Notes under the pieces: model-generated | Database searches by the model: none | Told to the model about the DNA's origin: nothing | The model's input: the letters and a program-made list of their open reading frames with translations, nothing else | Part shown: positions 48,132 through 58,436 of the stretch, in pieces | How the letters are laid out: the number at the start of each line of letters is the position of its first letter | How positions within the stretch are numbered: the first letter of the stretch is position 1 | Position numbers and translations under genes: made by a program | Virus record (IMG/VR): IMGVR_UViG_3300017728_002360 | Direction: 5' to 3' (one strand) | Origin: a virus | Length of the DNA: 64,000 bases

Positions 48132-48874
48132 TTTCTAACTTTCTTATTATACTCCAATGCTTCTTGTAACAAAGTTAAGTCAACGCCGTTTTGTTTTGCA
48201 GTATAAATTATTGCTTGTATGTCTTTAGGAAAACAATGACCACCAAAGCCTCTTTCCTCTGTAACTTCTGTGTGGCTTGAACCTATTCGTCTATCTTTTC
48301 CTACACCTTCAGCAACCTTATCATAGTCTACACCTGTAGCTTTACACAGATCATAAACTTGATTAAAGAAAGCAACCTTGTTTGCTAGAAAACTGTTGCG
48401 GAAATATTTAACAAGTATTAATTCTTCTGCTTTATTGTAAAGGTTAATTGTTGGCGTACCAAACATAGTTACTAATATTGTACTCCAAAACTGTGTGTTA
48501 CCTTCTGCTAACATAAAATATTCTGAATTAGCTAAATCTTCTGTTGCTGTTTTGTTTCTTAAAAACTCCGGACTAAATGTAATATCATGTTTGGGGAAGT
48601 CTTGTTTTATTGCCTTCCAACCTTCTAAACTTATTGTGCTTTTAATTATTATAGGCACGTTAGGTACTCTGCTTATTACATCATACACAGAGTTTACTAT
48701 ACAAGCACCATTTTCAAATGATGGTGTTGCTGTACATATGATTACTCCGTCTATGTCCTTGCTTATATCGTTATAGCCCTTCATTGGATCGTATATCTCA
48801 ACATCAAAGGAAGGTCTTAGATATGTTTCATGTGCTTTTCCTACTGTTCCATATCCTGCTACTAATATTTTCAT
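48128..48874 (-). CDS. UDP-glucose/GDP-mannose dehydrogenase family protein, short form
   Basis: GYGTVG, IKSTI, PEFLR, KYFRNSFLA.KV.F.N, GFGGHCFPKD; lacks the C-terminal domain. Confidence 0.88.
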   Translation of the reverse strand: MKILVAGYGTVGKAHETYLRPSFDVEIYDPMKGYNDISKDIDGVIICTATPSFENGACIVNSVYDVISRVPNVPIIIKSTISLEGWKAIKQDFPKHDITFSPEFLRNKTATEDLANSEYFMLAEGNTQFWSTILVTMFGTPTINLYNKAEELILVKYFRNSFLANKVAFFNQVYDLCKATGVDYDKVAEGVGKDRRIGSSHTEVTEERGFGGHCFPKDIQAIIYTAKQNGVDLTLLQEALEYNKKVRK

Positions 48875-49863
48875 GATCTCTCCACGAACTGTTCGTTTAA
48901 TTTGTCAAAACTACCACATTGTTTTGAACACTCTTTAAGTCCTGTACTGTTCCAACACCCTGCAATAAGATCAAAGTACCCACTTGCAAAGATACTTTTC
49001 AAGCTAGTGTCGTTTAAGTTTGGCCATATCTTAATTTTATTCAAATAGTCTATACGATTCTCGTGTGACGGTGGATAAAATTGTTGATCTAACCAACAAC
49101 AAGGAGTAACTGTACCTAATGCACTTACGTATAACATACTGTCCTTAACTGCTTTACAGTTTATGGTTGGTAATGTTTCTGCAGATGCTTGTTTTACTTT
49201 GCTGGTCATCTCTTTACTCTTTTGTGATGGATACAAAGTATCTATTTGTTGTCCTTGTTCATTTAACACAGCAAACTTTCCGTCTTTGAAACGTGTAGTG
49301 TGCTTGACAGAGAAGTTTTCCATACCTAAACGTTTAGATAGTTCTCTACATTCATCTATCTGATGTTGATTATGTTCAAACACCAGCATATCCCATCTTG
49401 CTTTTCCACCTGCGTCTACAAAGGTCATAACATTGTGTATGATCTTCTTCCAGTCTGTGTTAATTCTATATTTTGCGTGTGTGTCTGCCAGACCATCTAT
49501 GCCAAACACAACATTTACTTTTAATTTTGCTAATTCTTTCCACCATTTGTCTGTACGACCACTGCCGTTGGTGTGCATTTGTAATCCCATGTGAGGATTT
49601 GACTCACGTAGGTATTCATATATCTGTAGTGTGTCCTTTGCAACTATAGGATCACCCAAGTTACCACACATTCCTAAATGATTTAACTGTTTAATAAAAT
49701 CTACATCAAACCATTCCATAAATTTGTCAATGTTTATTTCATCTAAGCCCATGAAAGGATTTAACGGACCGCCATTCATTCTTCTAGCACACATAGGGCA
49801 CTTTGCCTGACAGCGACTAGTCACTTCTAAATGAATTGCTCTTATATCCGTTAGGTTATACAT
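48871..49863 (-). CDS. Radical SAM protein with C-terminal twitch Cys cluster (paralogue of 38321)
   Basis: CQAKCPMC, GNLGDP, HTNG, GIDG, HN.HQ, PCCW, C..QC. Confidence 0.9.
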   Translation of the reverse strand: MYNLTDIRAIHLEVTSRCQAKCPMCARRMNGGPLNPFMGLDEINIDKFMEWFDVDFIKQLNHLGMCGNLGDPIVAKDTLQIYEYLRESNPHMGLQMHTNGSGRTDKWWKELAKLKVNVVFGIDGLADTHAKYRINTDWKKIIHNVMTFVDAGGKARWDMLVFEHNQHQIDECRELSKRLGMENFSVKHTTRFKDGKFAVLNEQGQQIDTLYPSQKSKEMTSKVKQASAETLPTINCKAVKDSMLYVSALGTVTPCCWLDQQFYPPSHENRIDYLNKIKIWPNLNDTSLKSIFASGYFDLIAGCWNSTGLKECSKQCGSFDKLNEQFVERS

Positions 49864-50480
49864 TACTTTTGATTGAACCTTCGCATTGTTGCTTCTATTG
49901 TTTCGTCATTGGCGGCAACATTTACTATTAGCCAGTAACTATCTGTAAAACTACTGTTGAACAAGTAGTGCATTTTCAAAGTATCTATGAAATACATTCT
50001 ACCTACTTCCCAATGTAACTGTTGTCCTTCTAATATAAAATTAAACTGTGGAGGATTTACATTACGTAATGGCATTATTAATCTAAACGTATCAATGGCC
50101 TCTCCGCTGTAATCCCAATCCCTGTGTGGAGGAAAGAATCCACCTGGACCAAATTTTAAAAAGTGTGTTCTGTAATAATGTCCTTCCCATGGTAATAACA
50201 AATCGTGTATCTGTTTGTTTAGTACAGGAGTTGCTTTGTTAAAGTCCTTTTCTCCGTACTCTGTACCATGCTCCTTGTTGTATTCATACAAGCTATCTAA
50301 ATCAATACCATTAAAAGTACCGTCTGAACTTGTAACACTCAGTCCCCAACGATTAACATCTTTACGTGGGTTGTATTTTTGCCAGTCAAAGTCATTAGCC
50401 CAAGCAACCAGCATTTCTGCATCTGTTGTTGTTTCTAATTCTACTTGATTTCCGAATTGGCTTAAATCTCTATAGTCCAT
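49863..50480 (-). CDS. AspH-like 2OG-Fe(II) oxygenase
   Basis: GGFFPPHRD, YFIDTLKMH. Confidence 0.7.
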   Translation of the reverse strand: MDYRDLSQFGNQVELETTTDAEMLVAWANDFDWQKYNPRKDVNRWGLSVTSSDGTFNGIDLDSLYEYNKEHGTEYGEKDFNKATPVLNKQIHDLLLPWEGHYYRTHFLKFGPGGFFPPHRDWDYSGEAIDTFRLIMPLRNVNPPQFNFILEGQQLHWEVGRMYFIDTLKMHYLFNSSFTDSYWLIVNVAANDETIEATMRRFNQK

Positions 50481-51447
50481 TACTATTACTTATCGTCCTT
50501 TCTTTTGGTATTTTGCTATCTGCACTACTAACACAGGTTGGAGTTATGCACGGCATTGGTGCTTTAAACAGCTCAAATCCGTCGTCTAACGTGCCTAGAG
50601 GCTCATCATGGCAACTATATGCACGTTTTACTTCTCCGCCTGGTTCTCGTATAATACAGCTTTGATAACCAGCCCAACAGTTCCAACCTTTGAACTTGTT
50701 GAAGCCAAAAGCATTTAATCTTTCTGCTTGGTCAACCCAATACTCTACTCCATTAACATCTTGTAACCGCATTTGTTTTTCATCTTGCTGACTGTCTTCT
50801 TGTAATATTTTCTTTTGGGCATCAGTATAACCACTAACGACAAAACTAGCGGTAGGATCAGACTGAGGCTTAAGAGTAACGTGAAGACCACGTTCAATGA
50901 ATCGATTGCTTCTATCATAATATTCCTCCCAATGTTCAGGTACCATTACCTGATTAATAGTGACACCAACATCATTATCCTGTAAGAATAATAACTTGTC
51001 ACCAAATTCTTCTTCATTTGAAAACTCAGCATGGTAACTTGCAGTAATGGTTCTTCTGTCCATAATGTGCGTTGCGTCGAGCCAGCGTTGCCACCAGCGT
51101 TTTGCAGGACTGCAATTACTTGTCATGTGTATGCTTAAATATTTGCTTTCATAATCCTCATAGTGTTTTACTAGATCTATAAATTTTTTATATGCTGTAG
51201 GTTCTCCGCCACTGAAACTAAAATGAAACTTGTCAAATCCATTTGCTCTTGCTTGACGTTTTATTTCATCTATTGCTCTAGTGTACACTTCAAATGGTCT
51301 GTGGTCAACTGTACTGCTTCTAGCATACGGCCAACAATAGCTACAATTATAGTTACAAAAACGTCCAAGGATCCAGCTTACGTTAAACACACCTTTGTCT
51401 AACATATTCTTATGTCCTAGTTTTGTAATATCCTTAAATGGTATCAT
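50470..51447 (-). CDS. Radical SAM protein (paralogue of 42422)
   Basis: CNYNCSYC, SGGEPT, TSN, ASYH, NKFKGWNCWAG, C...C. Confidence 0.9.
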   Translation of the reverse strand: MIPFKDITKLGHKNMLDKGVFNVSWILGRFCNYNCSYCWPYARSSTVDHRPFEVYTRAIDEIKRQARANGFDKFHFSFSGGEPTAYKKFIDLVKHYEDYESKYLSIHMTSNCSPAKRWWQRWLDATHIMDRRTITASYHAEFSNEEEFGDKLLFLQDNDVGVTINQVMVPEHWEEYYDRSNRFIERGLHVTLKPQSDPTASFVVSGYTDAQKKILQEDSQQDEKQMRLQDVNGVEYWVDQAERLNAFGFNKFKGWNCWAGYQSCIIREPGGEVKRAYSCHDEPLGTLDDGFELFKAPMPCITPTCVSSADSKIPKERTISNSNGL

Positions 51448-52129
51448 TCATCTCGTCCATATGGAAACGTTCTTGTAACCAATCAAAATCATTTATTTTT
51501 GCTAGTAAGCTAGGTGCAGTCCTATTAGTATGACCAAAGTCACGACCGCTCCTAGCACCTCGTATACAAAATAGTCCGAACTCTTTTTCTTCTCCTTTTG
51601 TACACCATGCGTTGAGTCGTTGTTCTGTTTCTTCATTTTCTTGTCCTTGTATTACTTTGCTAGATAACTTAACACATTCTCTAAAAGCACTTTTCCAAGT
51701 ACTAAACTCATCTGTGTTAAAACTAGTGATGTTACTCACGATTGGCATAGCCTTGAATCTATCACTTATACTGGTAGTCATATCAGTACTGCTAACGTCT
51801 ACGTTCATGGTGAGTCGTCTTGGTAGGAGTTTAACACCCCCATACCCGTAAACTAAATTGTTGATAGGATTCTGGCTACGCCAAACATGGACACAATCTA
51901 AATCATAATCACTTACTTTATGATCTAAATTGAATTCTGGTAATAAGTCTGCATCACCGTCAATGACCCAAAACATCTTTGTATGACATTTCTTTGCGGC
52001 CTTGATGTGTGCTTGGTGTATTCCTTTTACACCGTGAACTCTCTTTGTATTAGGATAACGTTCTAGTAAACGTTTATATCTTTCATCTGCGTCAGGTTCA
52101 TTATAACTTATAAAAACTGCATCATACAT
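51434..52129 (-). CDS. Glycosyltransferase-like protein (GT-A, DxD)
   Basis: FISY.EP, RVHGVKG, VIDGD, YGYGGVKL, AFRECVKL. Confidence 0.6.
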   Translation of the reverse strand: MYDAVFISYNEPDADERYKRLLERYPNTKRVHGVKGIHQAHIKAAKKCHTKMFWVIDGDADLLPEFNLDHKVSDYDLDCVHVWRSQNPINNLVYGYGGVKLLPRRLTMNVDVSSTDMTTSISDRFKAMPIVSNITSFNTDEFSTWKSAFRECVKLSSKVIQGQENEETEQRLNAWCTKGEEKEFGLFCIRGARSGRDFGHTNRTAPSLLAKINDFDWLQERFHMDEMNDTI

Positions 52130-53021
52130 AAAGTTCTAGCTCGTACGCCAGTTGCTCCTGTAAAGTTCTATCTGGGTGACAGTTATCAGGAAACAACGGA
52201 CTTTCATTCATAATCTTAATTACTTCTTCGTAATCATCAACTATTCTTTTAAATTCATTGTCAGGGCCTTCTGGTATATCTGGAATACCTAGCTCTGGTT
52301 TTTGTCGTTGAAATAAACGTAAACTTTCTGACGCACTTTCAGTTAGGTCAGGTCTACGCCTTCTAATATTATCTATAGTCTGCCAACTACTAAACATTGG
52401 TACAGGTCTATTAATAAGTTTGGCCATCCAGTCTTTGTGAATATGTTTCACAAATGTGTGGTGTTCTTTTAATTCTACTTTGGTCCAACCTTCTATTATT
52501 ACCCAAGGTATGTTGGTTTCTTCATATATTTTTTGTGCACCATCTAGTGCGTGTTGCAATAATCCGTCATTTATTTCTTTAATTGTTTTTGCATTTTGTA
52601 CAAGATCATCTGATGCTTTGTAGTACTTGTCTAGGTCATATAACCCTGCTTCATCTGATAGCTGTTTTAAATCTCTACAAGGTTCTGAAATCATCCATAC
52701 AATACAATCAGGATTGTAAAATACAGGACTTGTAAAGCAAGGTGCTAGTCCTAGTGCTTCTTCTACTTTATATAATGCTTGAAAGTTACCACAGCCGCCA
52801 AACGCATAGTTAACTGTTGCGTGTCCTTTTTGATCTAAGTAATATCCAAAGCCTGGCCAAACAACCTGAAAGGGTTTAGCATGATCGCCTTCTAAATATT
52901 TTTCTTTATTCCATGGACGAAATACTTCTGGGTGATTAGGATTCGCACAGGCAGGTCCTGGAACAATAGTTCCCCATTCTCCTAGTGCGTTGCTATCACC
53001 TGCTATTAGTATTTTACTCAC
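52122..53021 (-). CDS. SGNH-hydrolase-like hypothetical protein
   Basis: ILIAGDS, GG.GN, DNCHP. Confidence 0.55.
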   Translation of the reverse strand: MSKILIAGDSNALGEWGTIVPGPACANPNHPEVFRPWNKEKYLEGDHAKPFQVVWPGFGYYLDQKGHATVNYAFGGCGNFQALYKVEEALGLAPCFTSPVFYNPDCIVWMISEPCRDLKQLSDEAGLYDLDKYYKASDDLVQNAKTIKEINDGLLQHALDGAQKIYEETNIPWVIIEGWTKVELKEHHTFVKHIHKDWMAKLINRPVPMFSSWQTIDNIRRRRPDLTESASESLRLFQRQKPELGIPDIPEGPDNEFKRIVDDYEEVIKIMNESPLFPDNCHPDRTLQEQLAYELELYV

Positions 53022-54156
53022 AAATTATACCTTTGTTTTTCCTTGTGTTTCCATAATAAACTACGTTGGTTCCTTTGTATGTTCTCCAAGGATCGAACAC
53101 AGGTACGTTATCAGGAACTGTATCTCCTTCATGTACCAACACATAGATCATTGGCTTTTCTTTTACAACATAACCGCCATGTTTTTTTATGTAGTGTTGT
53201 ACTAGTAAACTGTAGCTACCGTCAACATAATCAACACCTGGCTTATAACTATCGCTACTAAACTGAACCTTGTTTCCGTATTTTAATATTTCAATAGCCA
53301 TGTTTTCTGCTTGTTTCTCTCTTGCATTCATTACACTATCAAATAAATCGTAACCTAGTCCAAGTTCTTGTGCCATGTAACGTAGAGCAATATTATCACG
53401 TGGGTGACAAGCACCGCCATCGCCCATACCTGCTTTCATATATGCTTTACTAATGATACGCATTGTTGACTTTGAAAGAGCTCTTGTTACAACATCAACA
53501 TTAATGTTGCCTTGCTTCTGTGCTACGTCCTGCATCATATTGACTAGTCCAATCTTTGTACTAATAAATGTGTTGTAGAAAACTTTTATACATTCACATT
53601 CGTCCCAAGTACCTATTTCGTAACGTGGATTGTTTTCCATAATGCTTTGATAAAATTTTACTAACTCTCTAGCATCAGTTGTAGCACTTCCATCTTCGGT
53701 TCCAATCATAATCATTTCAGGATTAATCATATCCCAAGCAACTGTACCCATAGCAATAAGATATGGATTGTAAACAAATCTTGTGTTGTTTACTAACGGT
53801 ACAAATTCTCTACGTGTTGTGCCAGGTAATACTGTACTAATAAGAACAAGCAGTTGATTCTTTGTCATAAACTTGTTGGCTTCTTCTAAACACTCTTTTA
53901 CAATGTCATATGAAAAGTCTTTGGGTTCTAAATGAGCCGTAGGAGCTCTGCCATCATAGGCTGGGTCGTGTGGTGTTGGTACAGCAACAAACACTATGTC
54001 TTGACCTGCTACTGCTTCTGCTATGCTATCTTTTACGTTAATTGTGTCGCTAGTTACGTTTACTATGTCGTAACCGCTTACTGTATGTCCTTTTTGTGCT
54101 ACTGCTTCTGCACAAGGTAAACCAAGTTTACCCAATCCGATAAAACTAATCTTCAC
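53014..54156 (-). CDS. ugd: UDP-glucose 6-dehydrogenase family protein
   Basis: GLGKLG, AVPTP, STVLPGT, YNP, KVFYNTFIS, GDGGACHPRD. Confidence 0.88.
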   Translation of the reverse strand: MKISFIGLGKLGLPCAEAVAQKGHTVSGYDIVNVTSDTINVKDSIAEAVAGQDIVFVAVPTPHDPAYDGRAPTAHLEPKDFSYDIVKECLEEANKFMTKNQLLVLISTVLPGTTRREFVPLVNNTRFVYNPYLIAMGTVAWDMINPEMIMIGTEDGSATTDARELVKFYQSIMENNPRYEIGTWDECECIKVFYNTFISTKIGLVNMMQDVAQKQGNINVDVVTRALSKSTMRIISKAYMKAGMGDGGACHPRDNIALRYMAQELGLGYDLFDSVMNAREKQAENMAIEILKYGNKVQFSSDSYKPGVDYVDGSYSLLVQHYIKKHGGYVVKEKPMIYVLVHEGDTVPDNVPVFDPWRTYKGTNVVYYGNTRKNKGIICE

Positions 54157-54182
54157 ACTAATCTCCTACCATTAAATGCGTA

Positions 54183-54204
54183 TATAAATATAGTAATATT
54201 TATG
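54183..54204. promoter_or_regulatory. Face-to-face late promoter pair at the strand switch
   Basis: Plus strand TATAAATA 54183-54190; minus strand CATAAATA 54204-54197. Confidence 0.6.
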
Positions 54205-54217
54205 GAAGATTATTAAT

Positions 54218-55486
54218 ATGAAACGTATACGTGGCTTCTTAAGATTCAACTCTTTTGTACAAGATCCCGAGTTTACTCAGACTACAGTAGAATTGGAGAA
54301 GGCTTTTAGAACGAATGAAATAGTACATGACGATATCACTGTTATTACTGTGCTAATTGGCTATCCAAAATGGTACCCTGATACTGACTTTTTTACCTAT
54401 GTTAAGAAAAAAGTCCAAAATCAAATGAAGGAAGATAAGAAATGTTTCTTTCTTTTTGATGCAAGTACTGAAGGATTTAGCACTATCTACGGAGAACCGT
54501 ATTTTGATATTCTATATAAGATGGCTAAAAAGTATGACATAGATCCACGCAGGATATTTTTTACCAGTAGTAACATGAAAGACAATGATAACATCATGCG
54601 TTATAACATGGAACATAACATAAAAACAAGTATCAACGTGTTTACATATCTAAACTTTGAACAGATGATATTTGGCACAGCTGGACAAACAGAAGTCGAT
54701 TTGAGTGGGAACATAGACGTCGATGCTATTGTAGATAAAAGAATTAATACCGCAGTAAAAAGAACAAAGTTAAAATACCATCACCCTCAATTCAATAAAC
54801 TAGGATTAAGTTTAAGTAGGGTAAACAGACCACACAGAACTTTTAGTGCTATGGAAATATTCAACAGCAAACATTTTAAAGATATGTATGTTAGTCATGG
54901 AAGTTTAAAAGGTATGAACTTAGATTATTATCTTACTGAGATACCTTTTCCAAACAGTGGTGTAAATTTTCAGCAATTAAAAAATTTTAAGAAACATCTA
55001 CCTTTGATTGTAGACACGGAAGATTTTAAAACTAATCATGCAACTGCATTACACAGTGATCTAAATGATCAATCATTGTTTCAAATAGTAAACGAAACGT
55101 TTGTAAATGATTGGCATGGAACTAGTTTGTTCTGGAGTGAAAAAACTTTTAGAAGCATATATCATATGCAACCTTTTGTTATATGGGGACAACCTGGCAT
55201 TAACAAACGCATGGTAGATTACGGATATAAATTATATGACGATTGGTTTGATTTAAGTTTTGATGATATCCATGACCCTGTAAAACGTTGGAGAGCTTTG
55301 TGGAAAGAAGTATGCAAACAAATAGATTACATTAGAACATTACCAACTGTAAAACAACACATACGATGGAAGTTTAAAAACGAACAGGTATTGGTGCATA
55401 ACTTTAAAACACTTTTAGAAGGTAAGTATACTAAAGAAAAGTTTAAAAATGTGGCACTTAAAATGAGAGATCTAGCAGATGAGTAA
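54218..55486 (+). CDS. Hypothetical protein, possibly glycan-related
   Basis: R..RPHR, IVNET, SEKTFR.I...QPF..WG, GYKLY..WFD.SFD. Confidence 0.6.
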   Translation: MKRIRGFLRFNSFVQDPEFTQTTVELEKAFRTNEIVHDDITVITVLIGYPKWYPDTDFFTYVKKKVQNQMKEDKKCFFLFDASTEGFSTIYGEPYFDILYKMAKKYDIDPRRIFFTSSNMKDNDNIMRYNMEHNIKTSINVFTYLNFEQMIFGTAGQTEVDLSGNIDVDAIVDKRINTAVKRTKLKYHHPQFNKLGLSLSRVNRPHRTFSAMEIFNSKHFKDMYVSHGSLKGMNLDYYLTEIPFPNSGVNFQQLKNFKKHLPLIVDTEDFKTNHATALHSDLNDQSLFQIVNETFVNDWHGTSLFWSEKTFRSIYHMQPFVIWGQPGINKRMVDYGYKLYDDWFDLSFDDIHDPVKRWRALWKEVCKQIDYIRTLPTVKQHIRWKFKNEQVLVHNFKTLLEGKYTKEKFKNVALKMRDLADE

Positions 55487-56357
55487 GAAAGTATTATATC
55501 ATAACAAACCAAAAAGACTGTTTACGTTTGGTTGTAGCTTTACTCACTATATGTGGGGAACCTGGGCAAACGCACTAGGGCAAGAACTAGACTGTACTTT
55601 TGTAAACTTTGGTAGAAGTGGTGCAGGTAATCACTTTATATTCAATATGCTTATGCAGGCCGATGCTGTTTATGACTTTACGCATGAAGATTTAGTTATT
55701 GTACAATGGACCAATGTTTGTAGAGAAGATAGATATGTTCCGCAGGATCCAAACGGACCTTGGATGACTCCAGGTAATATTTACTCACAAAAACAATACA
55801 GAGAAGAATTTGTAAGAGATTACTTTAGTGAGTATGGTGCATACGTAAGAGATTTAGCATTTATAAAAGCAGGACATGAAATGCTAAAACATAAAACACA
55901 ATATCACTTTCTACAAATGTGTGATATACTAGAGCAAACAGATCAGTGGTCTGGTGCAACACGGGATAAGAATCATAGAATAGATGACATGATGAAATAC
56001 TATGCTCCTAGTCTAGGAGAAATATTGCCTAGCTTTTATCAAACATTATATAACAATAATATTGAAAGTAAATTTAAAAGAGATAGAAAAACAGTTCATA
56101 AAAACTTTCAAGACGGACATCCTAGTCCTATGGAACACTATGTATTTCTAAAGGATACATTTAAACACGACTGGAAGGACACTACTGATAGAGCAGTAGA
56201 AGAAGCACAAAACAAATGGATCAAACTATTGCGAGATGCAAGTAATGATAAAAAGGATTTTCATTTGTTTAATATGCAACAACGTTGGTTGGATATGTTT
56301 TATTACGAAACTAATATAAAGCCTGATGAAAAACCAGATCCTATAATACACTTTTAA
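55479..56357 (+). CDS. SGNH-hydrolase-like hypothetical protein
   Basis: FTFGCSFT, NFGRSGAGN, QWT...RED, DGHP. Confidence 0.6.
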   Translation: MSKKVLYHNKPKRLFTFGCSFTHYMWGTWANALGQELDCTFVNFGRSGAGNHFIFNMLMQADAVYDFTHEDLVIVQWTNVCREDRYVPQDPNGPWMTPGNIYSQKQYREEFVRDYFSEYGAYVRDLAFIKAGHEMLKHKTQYHFLQMCDILEQTDQWSGATRDKNHRIDDMMKYYAPSLGEILPSFYQTLYNNNIESKFKRDRKTVHKNFQDGHPSPMEHYVFLKDTFKHDWKDTTDRAVEEAQNKWIKLLRDASNDKKDFHLFNMQQRWLDMFYYETNIKPDEKPDPIIHF

Positions 56358-57516
56358 GTTCAGGAAACGTTTCAATAAATTTTTGATTTCTAATAAAGTC
56401 ATAGTGTTGAGTCTTTGCTCTAAACTGCTTTAACGCACTTTCATCAAACTTACTATTTTCAATATAACGTACAACACCTTCTAGTTGCCACTTATATTTT
56501 CCTGGATTACTATTCATATATTTTTGTATCTTTTCTAACGCAATAGTCTTGTATTCTTCAGGTAATGCGTTTACACTATAATAATGTGGATCAACAATGT
56601 TATACATACTAGCACTATTAGGATCTACGTTTTGTATTTCATTTAAGAAGTCTGTTAGTGTACACAGATTAAAAATACTTACTACTGTGTTAAAACTTAT
56701 TTTTACATGAGGTGCTTGTTCACGTATTACTTTTAAATTAGTCGTAATTAGATCCCAATCAGTTCCTGCTCTAATATATTCTGCTCTTGGTCCGTAACTA
56801 TCTAAACTAGCACTTACTTGAACGTCTTCGAACTGATTCCATAAATCTATAATGCTTTTCTTTTTATATTTTAATTTACTTACGTTTGAGTTGTATTCTA
56901 ATCTTACTTTAGTATTTCCTGTTTCAATTAAATGTTCTAGTATATCATAGTGCTTATCAGTAAGCAACGGCTCGCCACCTGCAAAGTAAAATACTTTTAT
57001 GTTTTTAAAATGAGGTTTGAATTGTTGATACAGGTTATCATTGTTATTACCTCCTGCAAATATATAAACAGGTTTTTCAGGTGCAAACTTTGTTGAGTTA
57101 TCTTCTTGAGCCCAGCTAGAACTATATGTTGAACTACACGTTCTACATTTAAAATTACAAATGTTACTCCAACGCACATCAAAGTAACGTAGATTCATTT
57201 CATCTAAGCTACCATCTTCGTTAGTTGTTTCTATAAATTTTAATTCTTCTTTGAAACGTTTATTGTTACTCATGCGTGAGCTAGTGTTACCTGCTTCTTC
57301 ATGTTTCCAACATTGATTACATATACTAGGCTTTTCTCCATTAAGTAATTGCTTTCTTAATGTTTTATATTCGTGACTATTCCAAATATCTTCTATGCTA
57401 CGATTGTGTGTATTTCCTAAAGGCTGTTTGTAATCACCTATGCAACAAGGTAACACACTTCCGTCAGCATTGACGTACATATGAATCCAGGGTAGTATGC
57501 AAAGTGTCTTACTCAT
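56341..57516 (-). CDS. Radical SAM protein with N-terminal twitch-like Cys cluster
   Basis: CILPW.H...DG..PCC, C..C; core CNFKCRTC, AGGEP, YIR.G, PEL. Confidence 0.9.
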   Translation of the reverse strand: MSKTLCILPWIHMYVNADGSVLPCCIGDYKQPLGNTHNRSIEDIWNSHEYKTLRKQLLNGEKPSICNQCWKHEEAGNTSSRMSNNKRFKEELKFIETTNEDGSLDEMNLRYFDVRWSNICNFKCRTCSSTYSSSWAQEDNSTKFAPEKPVYIFAGGNNNDNLYQQFKPHFKNIKVFYFAGGEPLLTDKHYDILEHLIETGNTKVRLEYNSNVSKLKYKKKSIIDLWNQFEDVQVSASLDSYGPRAEYIRAGTDWDLITTNLKVIREQAPHVKISFNTVVSIFNLCTLTDFLNEIQNVDPNSASMYNIVDPHYYSVNALPEEYKTIALEKIQKYMNSNPGKYKWQLEGVVRYIENSKFDESALKQFRAKTQHYDFIRNQKFIETFPELKSVL

Positions 57517-58436
57517 TACTTGTCCATCAGTGTATAGACATTATATCCCCAAACCTTGTGTGCGGCCGCTACAGGGTGAGGACAATGATCTTGGCTTTGT
57601 TTTAAAAAGTTATTTGACGCTTCAATCTTGTCTAATTGCTTATTGAAATATTTATTTTCTTGAACTACAGGATAATCACTTACAAAGTTCTTTAACCAAG
57701 CCGCAACATAAAAATCAGGACTTTGTAATTTAAAGCCAGACATCCTAGCACTAAATTCCATCCATGTTTCTTTAATCATAGTAAATCCCCAATAGTTTTC
57801 ATTTTGTTGCGTACAAAAGTTTTTCCAGGCAGTGGCTTTTACGTTATTAAACTTTGCAATAGTATCGTTTAATTGTGTGTAAAAAATGTGTTCGTTTTCA
57901 ACACACCAGTCTTTAACACTCATGCCACTTACATAATTTATATCATATAACCTAGCAATAGGATGATCACCTAATTCGTTGATAACAATATCTTCTCTAC
58001 TTGGCTCTGTCATTTGTACTAACAAATATATTTTATCGTATTGAGGTGATAGATATTTTAGTAATCTTTCTACGTTGCCAAAGATATAAAAATTGTTGTT
58101 TCCTGGTATAGCATACTGATAGTAATCTGTGTCCAGTAGTGTAGCAACCTGTGTACCCCAACAGTATCTTATCTGTGTATCTAAGTCCCATTTCATTAAT
58201 GCTGATTGTACACGGCCTTCAAGGCTTTCACCATATGTCCAGCTTTCACCCAATACTAGTGTGCATTCTCTCTTGCCACGTTTGACCCAGAACTCTGTAT
58301 TCTTTACATTTTGATTAATATGCAGAGGCTTTTTATTGTTGTCATTTACTAATACTTCTTGTAAATCCTTAAACAACCTATCTTGATCATTTGCTCCAGG
58401 TGTGTATTTGTAGTACTTAGGTTTTAGAACATTCAT
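57516..58436 (-). CDS. SGNH-hydrolase-like hypothetical protein
   Basis: LVLGESWTYG, PG.NN, TEP.R, HP...H. Confidence 0.5.
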   Translation of the reverse strand: MNVLKPKYYKYTPGANDQDRLFKDLQEVLVNDNNKKPLHINQNVKNTEFWVKRGKRECTLVLGESWTYGESLEGRVQSALMKWDLDTQIRYCWGTQVATLLDTDYYQYAIPGNNNFYIFGNVERLLKYLSPQYDKIYLLVQMTEPSREDIVINELGDHPIARLYDINYVSGMSVKDWCVENEHIFYTQLNDTIAKFNNVKATAWKNFCTQQNENYWGFTMIKETWMEFSARMSGFKLQSPDFYVAAWLKNFVSDYPVVQENKYFNKQLDKIEASNNFLKQSQDHCPHPVAAAHKVWGYNVYTLMDK

